DNA of 50,282 nucleotides from contig CABXQY010000003.1 of NCBI GenBank assembly GCA_902514485.1, forward strand, positions 1-50,282. The letters are read 5' to 3'. The position numbers and the translations under genes were made by a program. The stretch is from an uncultured Candidatus Poseidoniales archaeon. GTDB lineage: Archaea; Thermoplasmatota; Poseidoniia; Poseidoniales; Thalassarchaeaceae. Shown one piece after another: positions 36,478 to 46,570 of the stretch (positions are counted from its first letter, which is position 1; the number at the start of each line of letters is the position of its first letter). The notes below the pieces were generated by a model. The model did not search any database and was not told the origin of the DNA. It worked only from the letters and a program-made list of their open reading frames with translations.

Positions 36478-37971
36478 GTGGTAGACTCTAGCAGCGCCCC
36501 GGAAATCCTTCCTGAATTATCTGCTGCCGCACATAATTTTAACCGAAAAAAGTTAGAAAAAGCTCCATACAGTCTCGATGGGACCCATCCTGGGAACTTC
36601 TTTTTTGGGCAATTATTTCGAATAATGATTTCTTCAGGGCTTTCAATAATATTTCGAACATTTGAATCAGATAAGATCCCTCCAAATTCAGGTGGTAGAA
36701 TCTCTGTAGCAACTCATATCAATGGCTTAGTAGACGCAGGTGTGATGATTAAGACACAAAAAAAACGGATAATCTCCCTCGGCCGACATGACTTAATCAC
36801 AGGCCCTATTATAGGGTGGTGGTCACGTAGAAATGGCGCACAACCAGTTTTAAGAAAGGCAGAGATAGAGGCCGGATTAACTGATCCCGAATTTGCTAGA
36901 AAAATTAATGATAGAAGTATGCTAACAATTGCTAATTGTTTAGCCGGAGGGCATGGAGCAGTAATAATGCCTGAAGGCAAATCCCATCAAGATTCAAAAT
37001 TACATGCATTAAGAACGGGAGCTGCTCGTGCGGCGTTAGTTGCAGCAGCAATAGCCAATGAGAGAGGAAATCCTCCACCAGTAATTCAACCAACGGGACT
37101 TCATTGGAAAACTCATTACTGGTTCAGAACTGGTTGTTTTGTAGAATATTCCAAGCCAATTGATATAAAATTAGTTTTCGATAAGCAGGAATCAACTAGA
37201 TTAGCATCAGGAGAATGGATTGAGCCTCCCGCTTCGGCTGTTCATGATTTGAAAGACCAAATGTTCAGTGCAATTTCTCCTTTAACTCCCGATTCTCCCG
37301 ATTGGGAAACATTTAGGGCGTTGAAACTACTTGCCAATCTTAAGGCTATAAATAATCAAAAACGCTTTACAACCCTTCGTGAAGAAGTACTTTCGACAAG
37401 AAATATAAGGGACGATAATAAGGCGAATTCTAATTTTGAAAGAATACTCCCTGAAGCTATCGAAGCAGCCGAAATTCTTCATTCAAACAATCTTGATTGT
37501 AGCTCGATAGGGGCGGATTACAAACTTAGAAAGTTGAATTTTAAATCTCGAATTAATGCATTAATAGGGTTATTATTGATGTCCTTTACACTAATACCAA
37601 GCATCATAGGTTCTGGGATACAGTCGGCTCTTGCCCGTTATATGGCAGAAAAAAGTGACGAAGGCCAAGATGCTAGGACAACATATTTCTTCTTAGCAGG
37701 AATATTTTCGCCTGTCTTTTTTTGGCCATTTGTATCTGTCTTAGCAGTCTCTCTTTCCGATTTAACTTTACTCTCTATCTCAGGTATTTTTGTTGCTGTA
37801 GGCATTATTCTTAGTTTCTACATTTCATCATTAATATTTTTACTAGGCTACGACCTTTGGTCGGATTATGCCACGGCTCGAGTCAGAGCTAAATTATCTG
37901 AATCCGAAGATGGTACAAGATTTGAATTATTGATGAAAAATTTGAATTCACAATTAGGACTTCTCATATAG
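36478..37971 (+). CDS. Glycerolipid acyltransferase (PlsC/GPAT-like) with C-terminal TM helices
   Basis: Motif I THINGLVD, PVLR, MPEGKSH, LRTGAAR and IQPTGL. Confidence 0.82.
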   Translation: MVDSSSAPEILPELSAAAHNFNRKKLEKAPYSLDGTHPGNFFFGQLFRIMISSGLSIIFRTFESDKIPPNSGGRISVATHINGLVDAGVMIKTQKKRIISLGRHDLITGPIIGWWSRRNGAQPVLRKAEIEAGLTDPEFARKINDRSMLTIANCLAGGHGAVIMPEGKSHQDSKLHALRTGAARAALVAAAIANERGNPPPVIQPTGLHWKTHYWFRTGCFVEYSKPIDIKLVFDKQESTRLASGEWIEPPASAVHDLKDQMFSAISPLTPDSPDWETFRALKLLANLKAINNQKRFTTLREEVLSTRNIRDDNKANSNFERILPEAIEAAEILHSNNLDCSSIGADYKLRKLNFKSRINALIGLLLMSFTLIPSIIGSGIQSALARYMAEKSDEGQDARTTYFFLAGIFSPVFFWPFVSVLAVSLSDLTLLSISGIFVAVGIILSFYISSLIFLLGYDLWSDYATARVRAKLSESEDGTRFELLMKNLNSQLGLLI

Positions 37972-37985
37972 GGCGGCGGTAATCA

Positions 37986-38621
37986 GTGACTATGGATGAG
38001 ACGGGGGCCGCAGATGCCATAAGAAAATGGCTTGATAGTGAAAAACTAGAAACAAGAGAGGTAAAAGACCCTCAAAATTTCCTTCATTTACATGTTCGTT
38101 ATCCTCCTACAAAGGCAGCACATGTATTCAATATCGTTATACCAAAAAATAGAAATTTAGTATTAATATATTCAATAACTCGCGTAGATGAGGGCCAACA
38201 ATCAGAGATGAAAGATCATTATTCTACGGACCAACATGGTTGGGAAACTTGGTTACATGATATTCGAATTCTTTTAACTCAAGCAGATTTAGACTGGGTC
38301 CTTCATATAGGGAAAAAAGACGAAACTCCGGGGCCACTCCAAGCATTCAATCTTTCAAGGCCTATTTGGTTTGATGGACTAACTCAAAATGAATTTATGC
38401 ACACAATGAGACACGTCTGGCTCACCAAATTAGCGCTTATTCACAAGATCAAATTCGGATATGGGCCAGGAATAGGTAAACCCGGCCCGGTAGATGATTG
38501 GATATCCAAAAAGTTAGAGAAGACATCAAAAAGCTCTTCTGCTGATGAAGAAAAAATGAATATCGACATAGATGAAACCGGCGGTTTTGGTCGAAGTTTC
38601 GATAGAGATGAATGGGCATAA
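37986..38621 (+). CDS. DUF2299-like archaeal hypothetical protein
   Basis: Pattern IRKWL..E...D....H..V.YP and IWFDGLTQNEFM. Confidence 0.65.
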   Translation: MTMDETGAADAIRKWLDSEKLETREVKDPQNFLHLHVRYPPTKAAHVFNIVIPKNRNLVLIYSITRVDEGQQSEMKDHYSTDQHGWETWLHDIRILLTQADLDWVLHIGKKDETPGPLQAFNLSRPIWFDGLTQNEFMHTMRHVWLTKLALIHKIKFGYGPGIGKPGPVDDWISKKLEKTSKSSSADEEKMNIDIDETGGFGRSFDRDEWA

Positions 38622-38723
38622 TTTCTATCCGAATAAGAAATTTAAAAATGACCCGAAAGGGTCGAGGTTAAGTATAGTGAATCGACAAAGCAAGTTGTTA
38701 CAGCGTTAGCTGGAGTGAGAATC

Positions 38724-41700
38724 ATGGATAGGAACAAGGAAAGAACCAGCGTAATGATAGTTACATTGATGTTAATGAGCTTATTTGTCGCAATGGCTGC
38801 CCCACAAGTTACTGCAAGCGAAGTTGTACTTACAGATGCGGTCCAAATCGTCAATGGAGGCGGCCAAAATGATCGAATGGTCGCTCTTGATTCCGACTCG
38901 GAAGGAAATGTTCATTTCGTATGGAGTCGAAATACTCAACATTTGTATTACAAGCTAGTAGATGCTAGAGGCGAGACACTAATTGAAGCCACACAAATTT
39001 CTAATGCAGGTCAAAGTAGAGCATGGCATCCAGATATTGCAATAGATGATAATGATAGAGCACATATTGTTTGGGCGGATAGGGCAGGAAATTGGGCAAT
39101 CAAATACACAGTCATAGACCCATCTCAAGATGACCTTGATGGTAGCATAGCCATCGATGCATCAATTTCAGTCATCGATGACTTCGAAGTTTCTCGTCAT
39201 ACACAAAATAGAGATTGGCCAGCAATCGATACAGATTCACAGTCAAACGCACATATTGTCTGGGAAGATTCTTATGAACAATTGGATAAATATTACCAAC
39301 AGCCACAGATTTACTATGCAATGATAGAAGCCGACATAGTCGCTAGAACTGCGATAGTAGCAGTCGATGAAACATTGCTTACACCTATAATTGGGCACAA
39401 GGGACACCCCGATGTAGCCGTAGATCTTGACGATTATGTCCAAGTGGTTTGGGACGATACTCGTGGAGGTAAGGTAGAGATGGTAGTTCCGATCGATACT
39501 TCAGGTTCAATGAATGCAGAATGGGCCGATATGTGCGCTGTATTTTATGGTGGTTCATTTGCTAGTGGTTATAATTTCGAAGGATTAAAACCAATGCTTG
39601 AAAGAGCGAACATGACTGTATATGAGACACTATATGCATTGAGTGGTAATTGGCCATCTGCTGCAACTAGTGGAAACTGTGCAGCGGCATATTCAACAGG
39701 CGGTAGTGGAAATCAAGGACCGAGAACAACGGCTTTAGGATTACAACCAAATGATGACTCAGGAGGAATACGAGAATTAACAGAAGTTGTGTATTCTAAT
39801 GGAGCTATAGATCTTCCAACAGATGGTGGTTATTATAGCGAATTTTGGGGACCTGCATCAACTTGGGCTTGCTTCTCTTGGCACGATAATTTAGGGAACG
39901 TACCTGGAAATCCACCAACAATGTTAGACCATAAATGGAATCCAAACGCTACAAAAATTGTGATACCGATTTCTGACGAAGGCCCATACGGAGGAGATCC
40001 GGCAGGAGATTCCGACGACACCCAATCGATATTAGAGGCGCACAATGCATGTGTCAATGCGGGAATTATCCCCATTCCTCTTATGGCCGCTGGATTCGGT
40101 AGCGGTTCTACTGAAGTGGGTTCTCACATGATGGATTTAGCACAATGCCCTAATGGTTTTACGAGTCTCAATACTAGAACATGTAGTGGTGCGACATTAG
40201 CGCTAACTAATGCTGAAGGTATGATGTACAGTTTCCCAACAGGTTCTGCTAATCAAGCAGAAATGCAATTGATGGTTGAAGCATTGGTCTATCTATCGAC
40301 TAATAATTCTAGAGAAATTTTCCTTACTGTTCTCGACCCGCTCGGTTTACTAGAGTCTCCTTGGGCTGGTTGGAGTAAAGGCGACTCCGGAACTATTGCC
40401 GATGAGACTTCAGATTCATACTATGAAGATCTAGGCGCATCCCCGGATGCACTTGGTTATGGGCACTTGGTCGTTGTTAATGATACTAGAATAACATTGA
40501 ACGACGCATATAGTTTACATCCAGCAATTGCAATAGATAATTCTGGAAATACTCATTTAACTTGGATGGATGGTAGAGCCTATGGTTTCGACATTGATGT
40601 AAATTATGAGATATATTATACGCGTTTAAGATTGAGTTCAGCGGGTGCATGGGACGGAGTTAGCGAAGGGCTCCCTTCCTATGCCATAAAACAAATTGCG
40701 GATGCTGCAATATCTAATGTTGAAGGCTATGAGGGAATAGCTCCAGACAGGCCATTTAGTGCAAATTCACACATGCCTTCAATACTAACGGATTCATTCG
40801 ATAATGTCCATTTGACATGGCTTGATAATTATAATGGAACACAGGGAGAAACACTAATGTATTCCCGTTTAAATCATACAAATAATGACTATCCTTCAGG
40901 TTTCCCTCTTAATTCGATAGCATCTTCTATCTTCGATCCATGGGAATTGATTCCAATTACTGAATGGCAATCGGATAAATTAGGTCCGAATTCACCAGCT
41001 CTTCCAGAACTAGGACAACCACCCGCTTTTGCTAATGATATGGGGAGCGGAGCACATGTTGGTTGGTCAGACACAAACAAATGTAATGATGAAAATAATG
41101 GTGGTTCTTACACATTATGTTATGTTCATATTTTAACTGGATTAGTAGATGTATCCTTATCTGATTCGGAGACATTTTACCACACTATAGAGCCAAGTGA
41201 ACAAACCACATACAATATGACAATTTCTAACCCAACACCGGGTCCAGCAGATTTAGTTGCAGACATATTTTCATTAGCGATAGAGGGAGTGCCGACAAAT
41301 TGGAGTGCTAGTATTTTCTTCGCTAGTAATCATACCCCAATTTTTGATTCCACACCTGTATCTCTTCAAGGCGGCGAATCTATTTCATTGTACATGAGAG
41401 TACGTGCACCAACAATTTACCAAGCGAATGAGGATGAGTTAGCCACAATCAAGGTAACAGCAATTTCATACAAAGATCCTGCAATCAGGGACGAAGCGAT
41501 AACGTTGACTCTGATGGATGTTGTCCATGGTATTGAATTAGATACGAGTCATTTCCAAGCAGATGTCGAGCAAGGGCAACAGGCGACATTTTCAATTTCT
41601 ATAACTAATACAGGAAATGTATACGATACCTTTGCTTTCTATGACCCAACTACTTTGGAAGGACAAACAGAATGGGCATTGCCTTTCGGTTGGGGCATTA

Positions 41701-43796
41701 CCTTCCCAACTTCATTATCTCTAGATCCAGGTCAATCAATGACTAGAAATTTACAGATAGATGTCCCCACCTCACAGGAACCAGGAACTTTTGTTGTATA
41801 CTTGAAGGGCTGGTCGACCGGTGAGCCTGTGCTGTCTGTGGACAAAGGAACATTCGATATTCTCGAATTATGGGTCAATGTCTCAATTAAGAGTACTGGT
41901 AATATTGTATTTGAATTGGGAGATACAACTCAGCATGTATTACCAGGTGAATGTTCTGAGTTCGAAATCGATGTAACGAAGCATTTCACACCCGGTCATT
42001 TAGTATTCACTACACCCGGTGGTCCCGATGAGAAGCCAGACGAAGTTTCTGAGCAAACATGGAGATTCGATCATTGGACGGTGAATCTAGACTTTTCAGA
42101 AGCACCGGGAGGAAATAGTGTTCCACAGGATTCACCCAGATACTGGTCTGTAGTTGATATGCCATACAAGGTAACTGCAGAAATGTGTGCACCATACAAT
42201 GCCACAGCAGGAATAGGTGACTCTGTAACTGTTAAAGCAACTCTAGATGGCGCTCCAAAAGTTAGGGACTCTGTTGTTTTAGTCACAAATGTCATCCAAA
42301 GATATGACTTAGAAGCTACAACTGAGACCATACTGTCTCTGTACCCTGGACAGGAATATCAGCTTGATACTACAATAGAGAATACAGGTAATGGAGCAGA
42401 TCGTTATGACATGGCGATTAACTCGATAACTAATCAAGATGGTGAAGCAGATGTTTGGGACATTGTAATCCCTCGTATATTATTCCAGGAATTAGACCGT
42501 GATGAAGTTCAACAAATCCCAATAATGATAAATGTCCCTGAACAAACATTAGCAGGGCAATATACTGTAGTAATTGAGATACTCAGTGAAGAAACTTTCG
42601 AAGGGAGCAAAGTCAGAGATTTAATTACCTTGCAAATAGAGGTAGTTGAATTCCATGATATGAGGATAACAATCGATCCTACTGTTGAGAGCCGAATAAA
42701 GACAACTGCTCCTGGAAGAGTAGTTAGGTTTACAATGAATGTGACTAATTTCGGAAATGTGGCAGATCAACCTACGGTGCATAATCATACTGTAGATGGA
42801 TCTGGTTGGGATACTGTACCAGGTCTCAATACACTCAGTACATGGAACATCCAATATGCATTATTGGAAGGTTTCGGTTCCGAATATCCAATAGAACGTC
42901 CATGCGTAGTACTCATGGCCGGTGATCCAATACCTACAGATGGGTGCTTTAAAGATTCTAAAGGCAGAATAACATTACCCGAAATGCCTTCTTACACCAC
43001 ACTACAATTAGTTGCAATAGTGACAATAGATCCTTCAGCCGCCCTAGCAGATAGGGAAATAGGAATAAAACTAAAATCGAGCTTCGGTGATTCCGAAGCT
43101 GGTGGAGATTTCGACGAAACTCCAGTTTGGACAGATTCTTGTACAATCGACATGAATGAAGACGGCTTCCCAGATAACTATCGTCCAAATTGTGATACTA
43201 ACGAACAAGTCTTAGAATTAAGATTAAGAGCACCTGATTTACGAATTATTGAAGCTAAAGTAGGAGAAACTACCGGGCAAATCGGGGATATGTTGCCTGT
43301 CAGTGTTACTATTGCAAATGATGGCAATTCTCATGCTACAGATATTAATGTTATTTTGTGTGTTGACCAATCGGTCAGCTCGATAAAGAAGAACGGATGT
43401 GATGAATCTAATATCGTATATCGTCAATTAATCGAAGCAATAATGCCAACATCAGAGGGAGACGAACCCCCTTACATCACTCTGTTATATCTTGTTGAAG
43501 CGGGGACACATGAAGTTGTAGTCGTACTTGATCCAGACAACATAATTGTAGAAACAGATGAACGTAACAATTTCCAATCTGTAGGAGATATGGGTTCGAA
43601 CTATGGTGCACTTGACGTTGGAGTCGAACTCATCGCTACTTATTCAGTACCTGCAATAATTTTAGGAGCAACGTTTGCTCTGATATCAGTAGCTGGAGTG
43701 GTTATGTATGGTCGAAGAATGGAAGCATTGGATAGATTTGCTGAGAAGAGTAGTATGTTATCGAATCAGGATGACGATTCGGATTTAGAATTTTAA
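38724..43796 (+). CDS. Giant cell-surface protein: signal peptide, beta-propeller with inserted vWA domain, Ig-like/CARDB stalk, C-terminal TM helix
   Basis: Seven P-x-[IV]-x-x-D...H-[IVL]-x-W-type repeats, MIDAS DTSGS, repeated NxGN..D modules, PDL...DPDN.IVE.DE.NN (CARDB), hydrophobic anchor. GGAGTGA SD before ATG 38724. Confidence 0.85.
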   Translation: MDRNKERTSVMIVTLMLMSLFVAMAAPQVTASEVVLTDAVQIVNGGGQNDRMVALDSDSEGNVHFVWSRNTQHLYYKLVDARGETLIEATQISNAGQSRAWHPDIAIDDNDRAHIVWADRAGNWAIKYTVIDPSQDDLDGSIAIDASISVIDDFEVSRHTQNRDWPAIDTDSQSNAHIVWEDSYEQLDKYYQQPQIYYAMIEADIVARTAIVAVDETLLTPIIGHKGHPDVAVDLDDYVQVVWDDTRGGKVEMVVPIDTSGSMNAEWADMCAVFYGGSFASGYNFEGLKPMLERANMTVYETLYALSGNWPSAATSGNCAAAYSTGGSGNQGPRTTALGLQPNDDSGGIRELTEVVYSNGAIDLPTDGGYYSEFWGPASTWACFSWHDNLGNVPGNPPTMLDHKWNPNATKIVIPISDEGPYGGDPAGDSDDTQSILEAHNACVNAGIIPIPLMAAGFGSGSTEVGSHMMDLAQCPNGFTSLNTRTCSGATLALTNAEGMMYSFPTGSANQAEMQLMVEALVYLSTNNSREIFLTVLDPLGLLESPWAGWSKGDSGTIADETSDSYYEDLGASPDALGYGHLVVVNDTRITLNDAYSLHPAIAIDNSGNTHLTWMDGRAYGFDIDVNYEIYYTRLRLSSAGAWDGVSEGLPSYAIKQIADAAISNVEGYEGIAPDRPFSANSHMPSILTDSFDNVHLTWLDNYNGTQGETLMYSRLNHTNNDYPSGFPLNSIASSIFDPWELIPITEWQSDKLGPNSPALPELGQPPAFANDMGSGAHVGWSDTNKCNDENNGGSYTLCYVHILTGLVDVSLSDSETFYHTIEPSEQTTYNMTISNPTPGPADLVADIFSLAIEGVPTNWSASIFFASNHTPIFDSTPVSLQGGESISLYMRVRAPTIYQANEDELATIKVTAISYKDPAIRDEAITLTLMDVVHGIELDTSHFQADVEQGQQATFSISITNTGNVYDTFAFYDPTTLEGQTEWALPFGWGITFPTSLSLDPGQSMTRNLQIDVPTSQEPGTFVVYLKGWSTGEPVLSVDKGTFDILELWVNVSIKSTGNIVFELGDTTQHVLPGECSEFEIDVTKHFTPGHLVFTTPGGPDEKPDEVSEQTWRFDHWTVNLDFSEAPGGNSVPQDSPRYWSVVDMPYKVTAEMCAPYNATAGIGDSVTVKATLDGAPKVRDSVVLVTNVIQRYDLEATTETILSLYPGQEYQLDTTIENTGNGADRYDMAINSITNQDGEADVWDIVIPRILFQELDRDEVQQIPIMINVPEQTLAGQYTVVIEILSEETFEGSKVRDLITLQIEVVEFHDMRITIDPTVESRIKTTAPGRVVRFTMNVTNFGNVADQPTVHNHTVDGSGWDTVPGLNTLSTWNIQYALLEGFGSEYPIERPCVVLMAGDPIPTDGCFKDSKGRITLPEMPSYTTLQLVAIVTIDPSAALADREIGIKLKSSFGDSEAGGDFDETPVWTDSCTIDMNEDGFPDNYRPNCDTNEQVLELRLRAPDLRIIEAKVGETTGQIGDMLPVSVTIANDGNSHATDINVILCVDQSVSSIKKNGCDESNIVYRQLIEAIMPTSEGDEPPYITLLYLVEAGTHEVVVVLDPDNIIVETDERNNFQSVGDMGSNYGALDVGVELIATYSVPAIILGATFALISVAGVVMYGRRMEALDRFAEKSSMLSNQDDDSDLEF

Positions 43797-43814
43797 TTAA
43801 TTTTATAATTTAAT

Positions 43815-44555
43815 CTAACGAACTAGCCACCAAGGTAGAGGTGTGTCTTTATTGATTGAAACGAAATTATTTCCGTTAATTACGAAATCTTTCATTAGTC
43901 GACCCCTTATATTTTCCATTATTTCGTGTGCATCAGCAGGTTGAATACGTATATTCTGTGAAAAAACATCCAAATCCAAAGGCCTTCTAGGATGTGTCAT
44001 CATTTCTCTAGCCATTATTCTTTCTTCATAAGATTCAGAATTTTCAGATACTCCTTTAGAGGCTTTATTCATAACTTGTTGGTGTAAGGCAATAATAGCG
44101 TCCCTTTGGTCATCAATTTTTTCTAGAACTAAGTCTAATTGAGAGAGTAAATTCATTGCCTCTGACATTGGTAATTTTCTCCTTGTGCCCAAACGGTCAA
44201 TTAATGGATCAAGTTCGGCTGGTAATTTATTCGATAATCTCATAGGGCCGCCAGAAGGCATCTGTCTATGCTCTGCTCTGAATAAATCAGGCCCCAAATC
44301 AAGCCTCAAAGAAAACGACTGATTTACTTTATACATCTTTTTAGGCGGCCCGCCCTTTTCAGATGGAACGGTTTGAGAATCGATAAAACCAGCCTTTTCC
44401 AATATTTTTACATGTTTCATAACTGCTTGCTGACTTATTTCTAATAATTCGGAAAGTTGTAATGGGTAATGTGGCTCCTTAACTAAATGTCTGAGAATAT
44501 CTCTTCTTGCCCGATTTTCAAGAATATCTATGGCCTCATCAAAGTCCACCATCAC
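43815..44555 (-). CDS. ArsR-fold winged-helix regulator of the archaeal heat-shock regulator (Phr/HSR1) type
   Basis: ENRARRDILRHL..EP.Y..QLS..L.ISQQAVMKH..ILEKAG.I.S...G.P.K.Y....F.LRLDL.PDLF, followed by a coiled-coil region. Confidence 0.8.
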   Translation of the reverse strand: MMVDFDEAIDILENRARRDILRHLVKEPHYPLQLSELLEISQQAVMKHVKILEKAGFIDSQTVPSEKGGPPKKMYKVNQSFSLRLDLGPDLFRAEHRQMPSGGPMRLSNKLPAELDPLIDRLGTRRKLPMSEAMNLLSQLDLVLEKIDDQRDAIIALHQQVMNKASKGVSENSESYEERIMAREMMTHPRRPLDLDVFSQNIRIQPADAHEIMENIRGRLMKDFVINGNNFVSINKDTPLPWWLVR

Positions 44556-44558
44556 TTA

Positions 44559-44573
44559 CCAACTCAGAGTTGG
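44559..44573. promoter_or_regulatory. Perfect palindrome CCAACTC-A-GAGTTGG, candidate auto-operator
   Basis: Lies immediately upstream of the regulator start. Extra CCAACT half-site at 44597 next to a minus-strand TATAAG. Confidence 0.7.
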
Positions 44574-44632
44574 GTAGTGGGCCTACATCTAAAAACCCAA
44601 CTTATATCGTTCATATCTAATTCAGATGGAAA

Positions 44633-45433
44633 TTACTGACCCTCATCCCATATTTTCCAGCGGTCAGATTCTTCTTTCGAGCTATCGACTTCTTCATTTT
44701 TCAATTCAGGAACCACATGATATTTTTCTTTAGGGCTCTCCATTTTAATATTCTCACTAGAAATAAATGGCTCAGGAATCTCCTTCTCTCCATCCAAATT
44801 ATTTTTCTTAAATAATTCATCAGTTGTCATGATATTTTCTCGTATTATGATATTTTTTTCCGGGAGCCGCTTCCCTCTTCTCCATAATATCAATGCTCCA
44901 ATTAAAGTAATAATACCCAGAGGAAAACCTAAGCAACAACTAATCATAGAAATCAGAATCCACCCATCTGATAACAAACTTGATTGAATCTTCAAATCAT
45001 CAATTAACCAAAGCGTAGTGTTTCCTTCATTTACTATACTATATTCTCCATCATCTCTTATTTCAAAAACCCTAATAGGATCATAAATTAAATTTCCCTG
45101 AGAGTCAGGTCTCTTATTGATTGACTCAATTAAGCCCGGTTTTTGCCCTTCTATTTCTACCCCCTCTATGTCAGTTAATTTTAGTTCAGGAGACGATTCG
45201 TTACCATCTATTCTGAGAGCCATATAATATCCAATTGTAGATAAATCTACATTTCCTTGCTCTCCTGCTTCTAATTTAATAATATAATTTTCTTCATTAT
45301 CTATGTCCATTTTATCAATAATATTCTCAGTCGATTTCCAATAAGAGGCTACAAATACTATAATTAGAACTAAGGAAATAGCAGTCAATCGCTTGATCCA
45401 CAGTTTTCCCCGCGCTTCCATAATTAGAAGCAA
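44633..45433 (-). CDS. Hypothetical membrane protein (2 TM helices, extracellular beta domain, acidic tail)
   Basis: Two hydrophobic segments. Downstream of top6A. Start may be ATG 45421. Confidence 0.7.
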   Translation of the reverse strand: MLLIMEARGKLWIKRLTAISLVLIIVFVASYWKSTENIIDKMDIDNEENYIIKLEAGEQGNVDLSTIGYYMALRIDGNESSPELKLTDIEGVEIEGQKPGLIESINKRPDSQGNLIYDPIRVFEIRDDGEYSIVNEGNTTLWLIDDLKIQSSLLSDGWILISMISCCLGFPLGIITLIGALILWRRGKRLPEKNIIIRENIMTTDELFKKNNLDGEKEIPEPFISSENIKMESPKEKYHVVPELKNEEVDSSKEESDRWKIWDEGQ

Positions 45434-45460
45434 CGGGTATTATCATTTCACATTTGGCTA

Positions 45461-46570
45461 TCAATAGGCTAAACCGATATCAGCCAATTTCTCTGGAAGA
45501 TAAGTATCAGTTACGAAATCAAGTCCATATTTGGCGAGAGATTGCTGTTCTGCCTTTTTACCAATCTCTTTCATTAAATTTATTTGATCCTTCCAATATC
45601 CAGTATTGAATCTAGGGTCAGTTAACTCTGAGTCTAACGCGCCTAAGTCTTGCTTAGTTAATTCATCACTTGGTAAATCATATGCTAAAATATCATCAGC
45701 AGTTATTCCCAGATACGTTGCTTCTTTTGTTGCTAGATATTCGGAAATATGAGCAGTCTTAATCGCCCCGTATGCAATACTTGCAAATATTCTAAATGAC
45801 CAAGGGTCGCAGTCGGCGAATACAAGTATTGGTTTATTCCATTCTTGACTCATTCTTTTCATGATTCTTCTTGTAGATCTTGCCGGCTGACCCTTTAGAT
45901 GAATTAGAGCGCATCTAGCTTCTTCATCAAATCCATTTTCTACAAGCCTATCGAACATTCCTCCCGTTTCAATGGCCATTATAAAATCAACATCTTCATC
46001 TATCAGGGTTAATTTTTCAGATTCAACATTATATGGTACTCCATATCCCGAATCACCAACATCATCTCTACAATTTATTCTCATCCAATCGCCCTTTCGA
46101 TTTCTTTCTTCAAAAGTAATATTGCCAATTATTCTAGCACCATCTTCTTCTGGTCTTAGTTTGAAATCTTCTCGTAAACATTTTGTGACAATTTCTAAAT
46201 CTTCAGCTAAATTGTTACTTTCGTTCTGTGACCCAAACTTACCGTGCCCCCATCCTTCACTAATATAGTACATCTCTCTTAATGTAGAAGACTTACCAGA
46301 GTCAATCATTTGTTCAATAAATTCAGTTACATGTAAAGAACGAAGTAATTGTCTCGCCGAACCTAAACTAGTAGCATCTCTTGTACTCTTTTTCTTACCG
46401 TACTTATAGACTCCTAATTTATTATCAAAACCAATATTTGTTTTCGCTCTGACTGGCAAGGTCATAGATGGAGGGACACCCTTCTCCATCTTGTTATGCA
46501 TCTCTGCAGCAATTCCTTTCAAGGCCTCTTTGACTTCTAATTTTGACTTTCTTTGACCTATCTCACTCAT
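45461..46570 (-). CDS. top6A: DNA topoisomerase VI subunit A
   Basis: STLREMYY (catalytic Tyr region), AIETGG, HLKGQP, DCDPW and KAEQQ. Confidence 0.97.
   Translation of the reverse strand: MSEIGQRKSKLEVKEALKGIAAEMHNKMEKGVPPSMTLPVRAKTNIGFDNKLGVYKYGKKKSTRDATSLGSARQLLRSLHVTEFIEQMIDSGKSSTLREMYYISEGWGHGKFGSQNESNNLAEDLEIVTKCLREDFKLRPEEDGARIIGNITFEERNRKGDWMRINCRDDVGDSGYGVPYNVESEKLTLIDEDVDFIMAIETGGMFDRLVENGFDEEARCALIHLKGQPARSTRRIMKRMSQEWNKPILVFADCDPWSFRIFASIAYGAIKTAHISEYLATKEATYLGITADDILAYDLPSDELTKQDLGALDSELTDPRFNTGYWKDQINLMKEIGKKAEQQSLAKYGLDFVTDTYLPEKLADIGLAY

Noticed and set aside
38724-43796. True integrin homologue, or an intein in the giant protein
   Set aside because: No FG-GAP repeats or GFFKR tail. 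The insert has a MIDAS motif rather than intein splice-junction or LAGLIDADG motifs.
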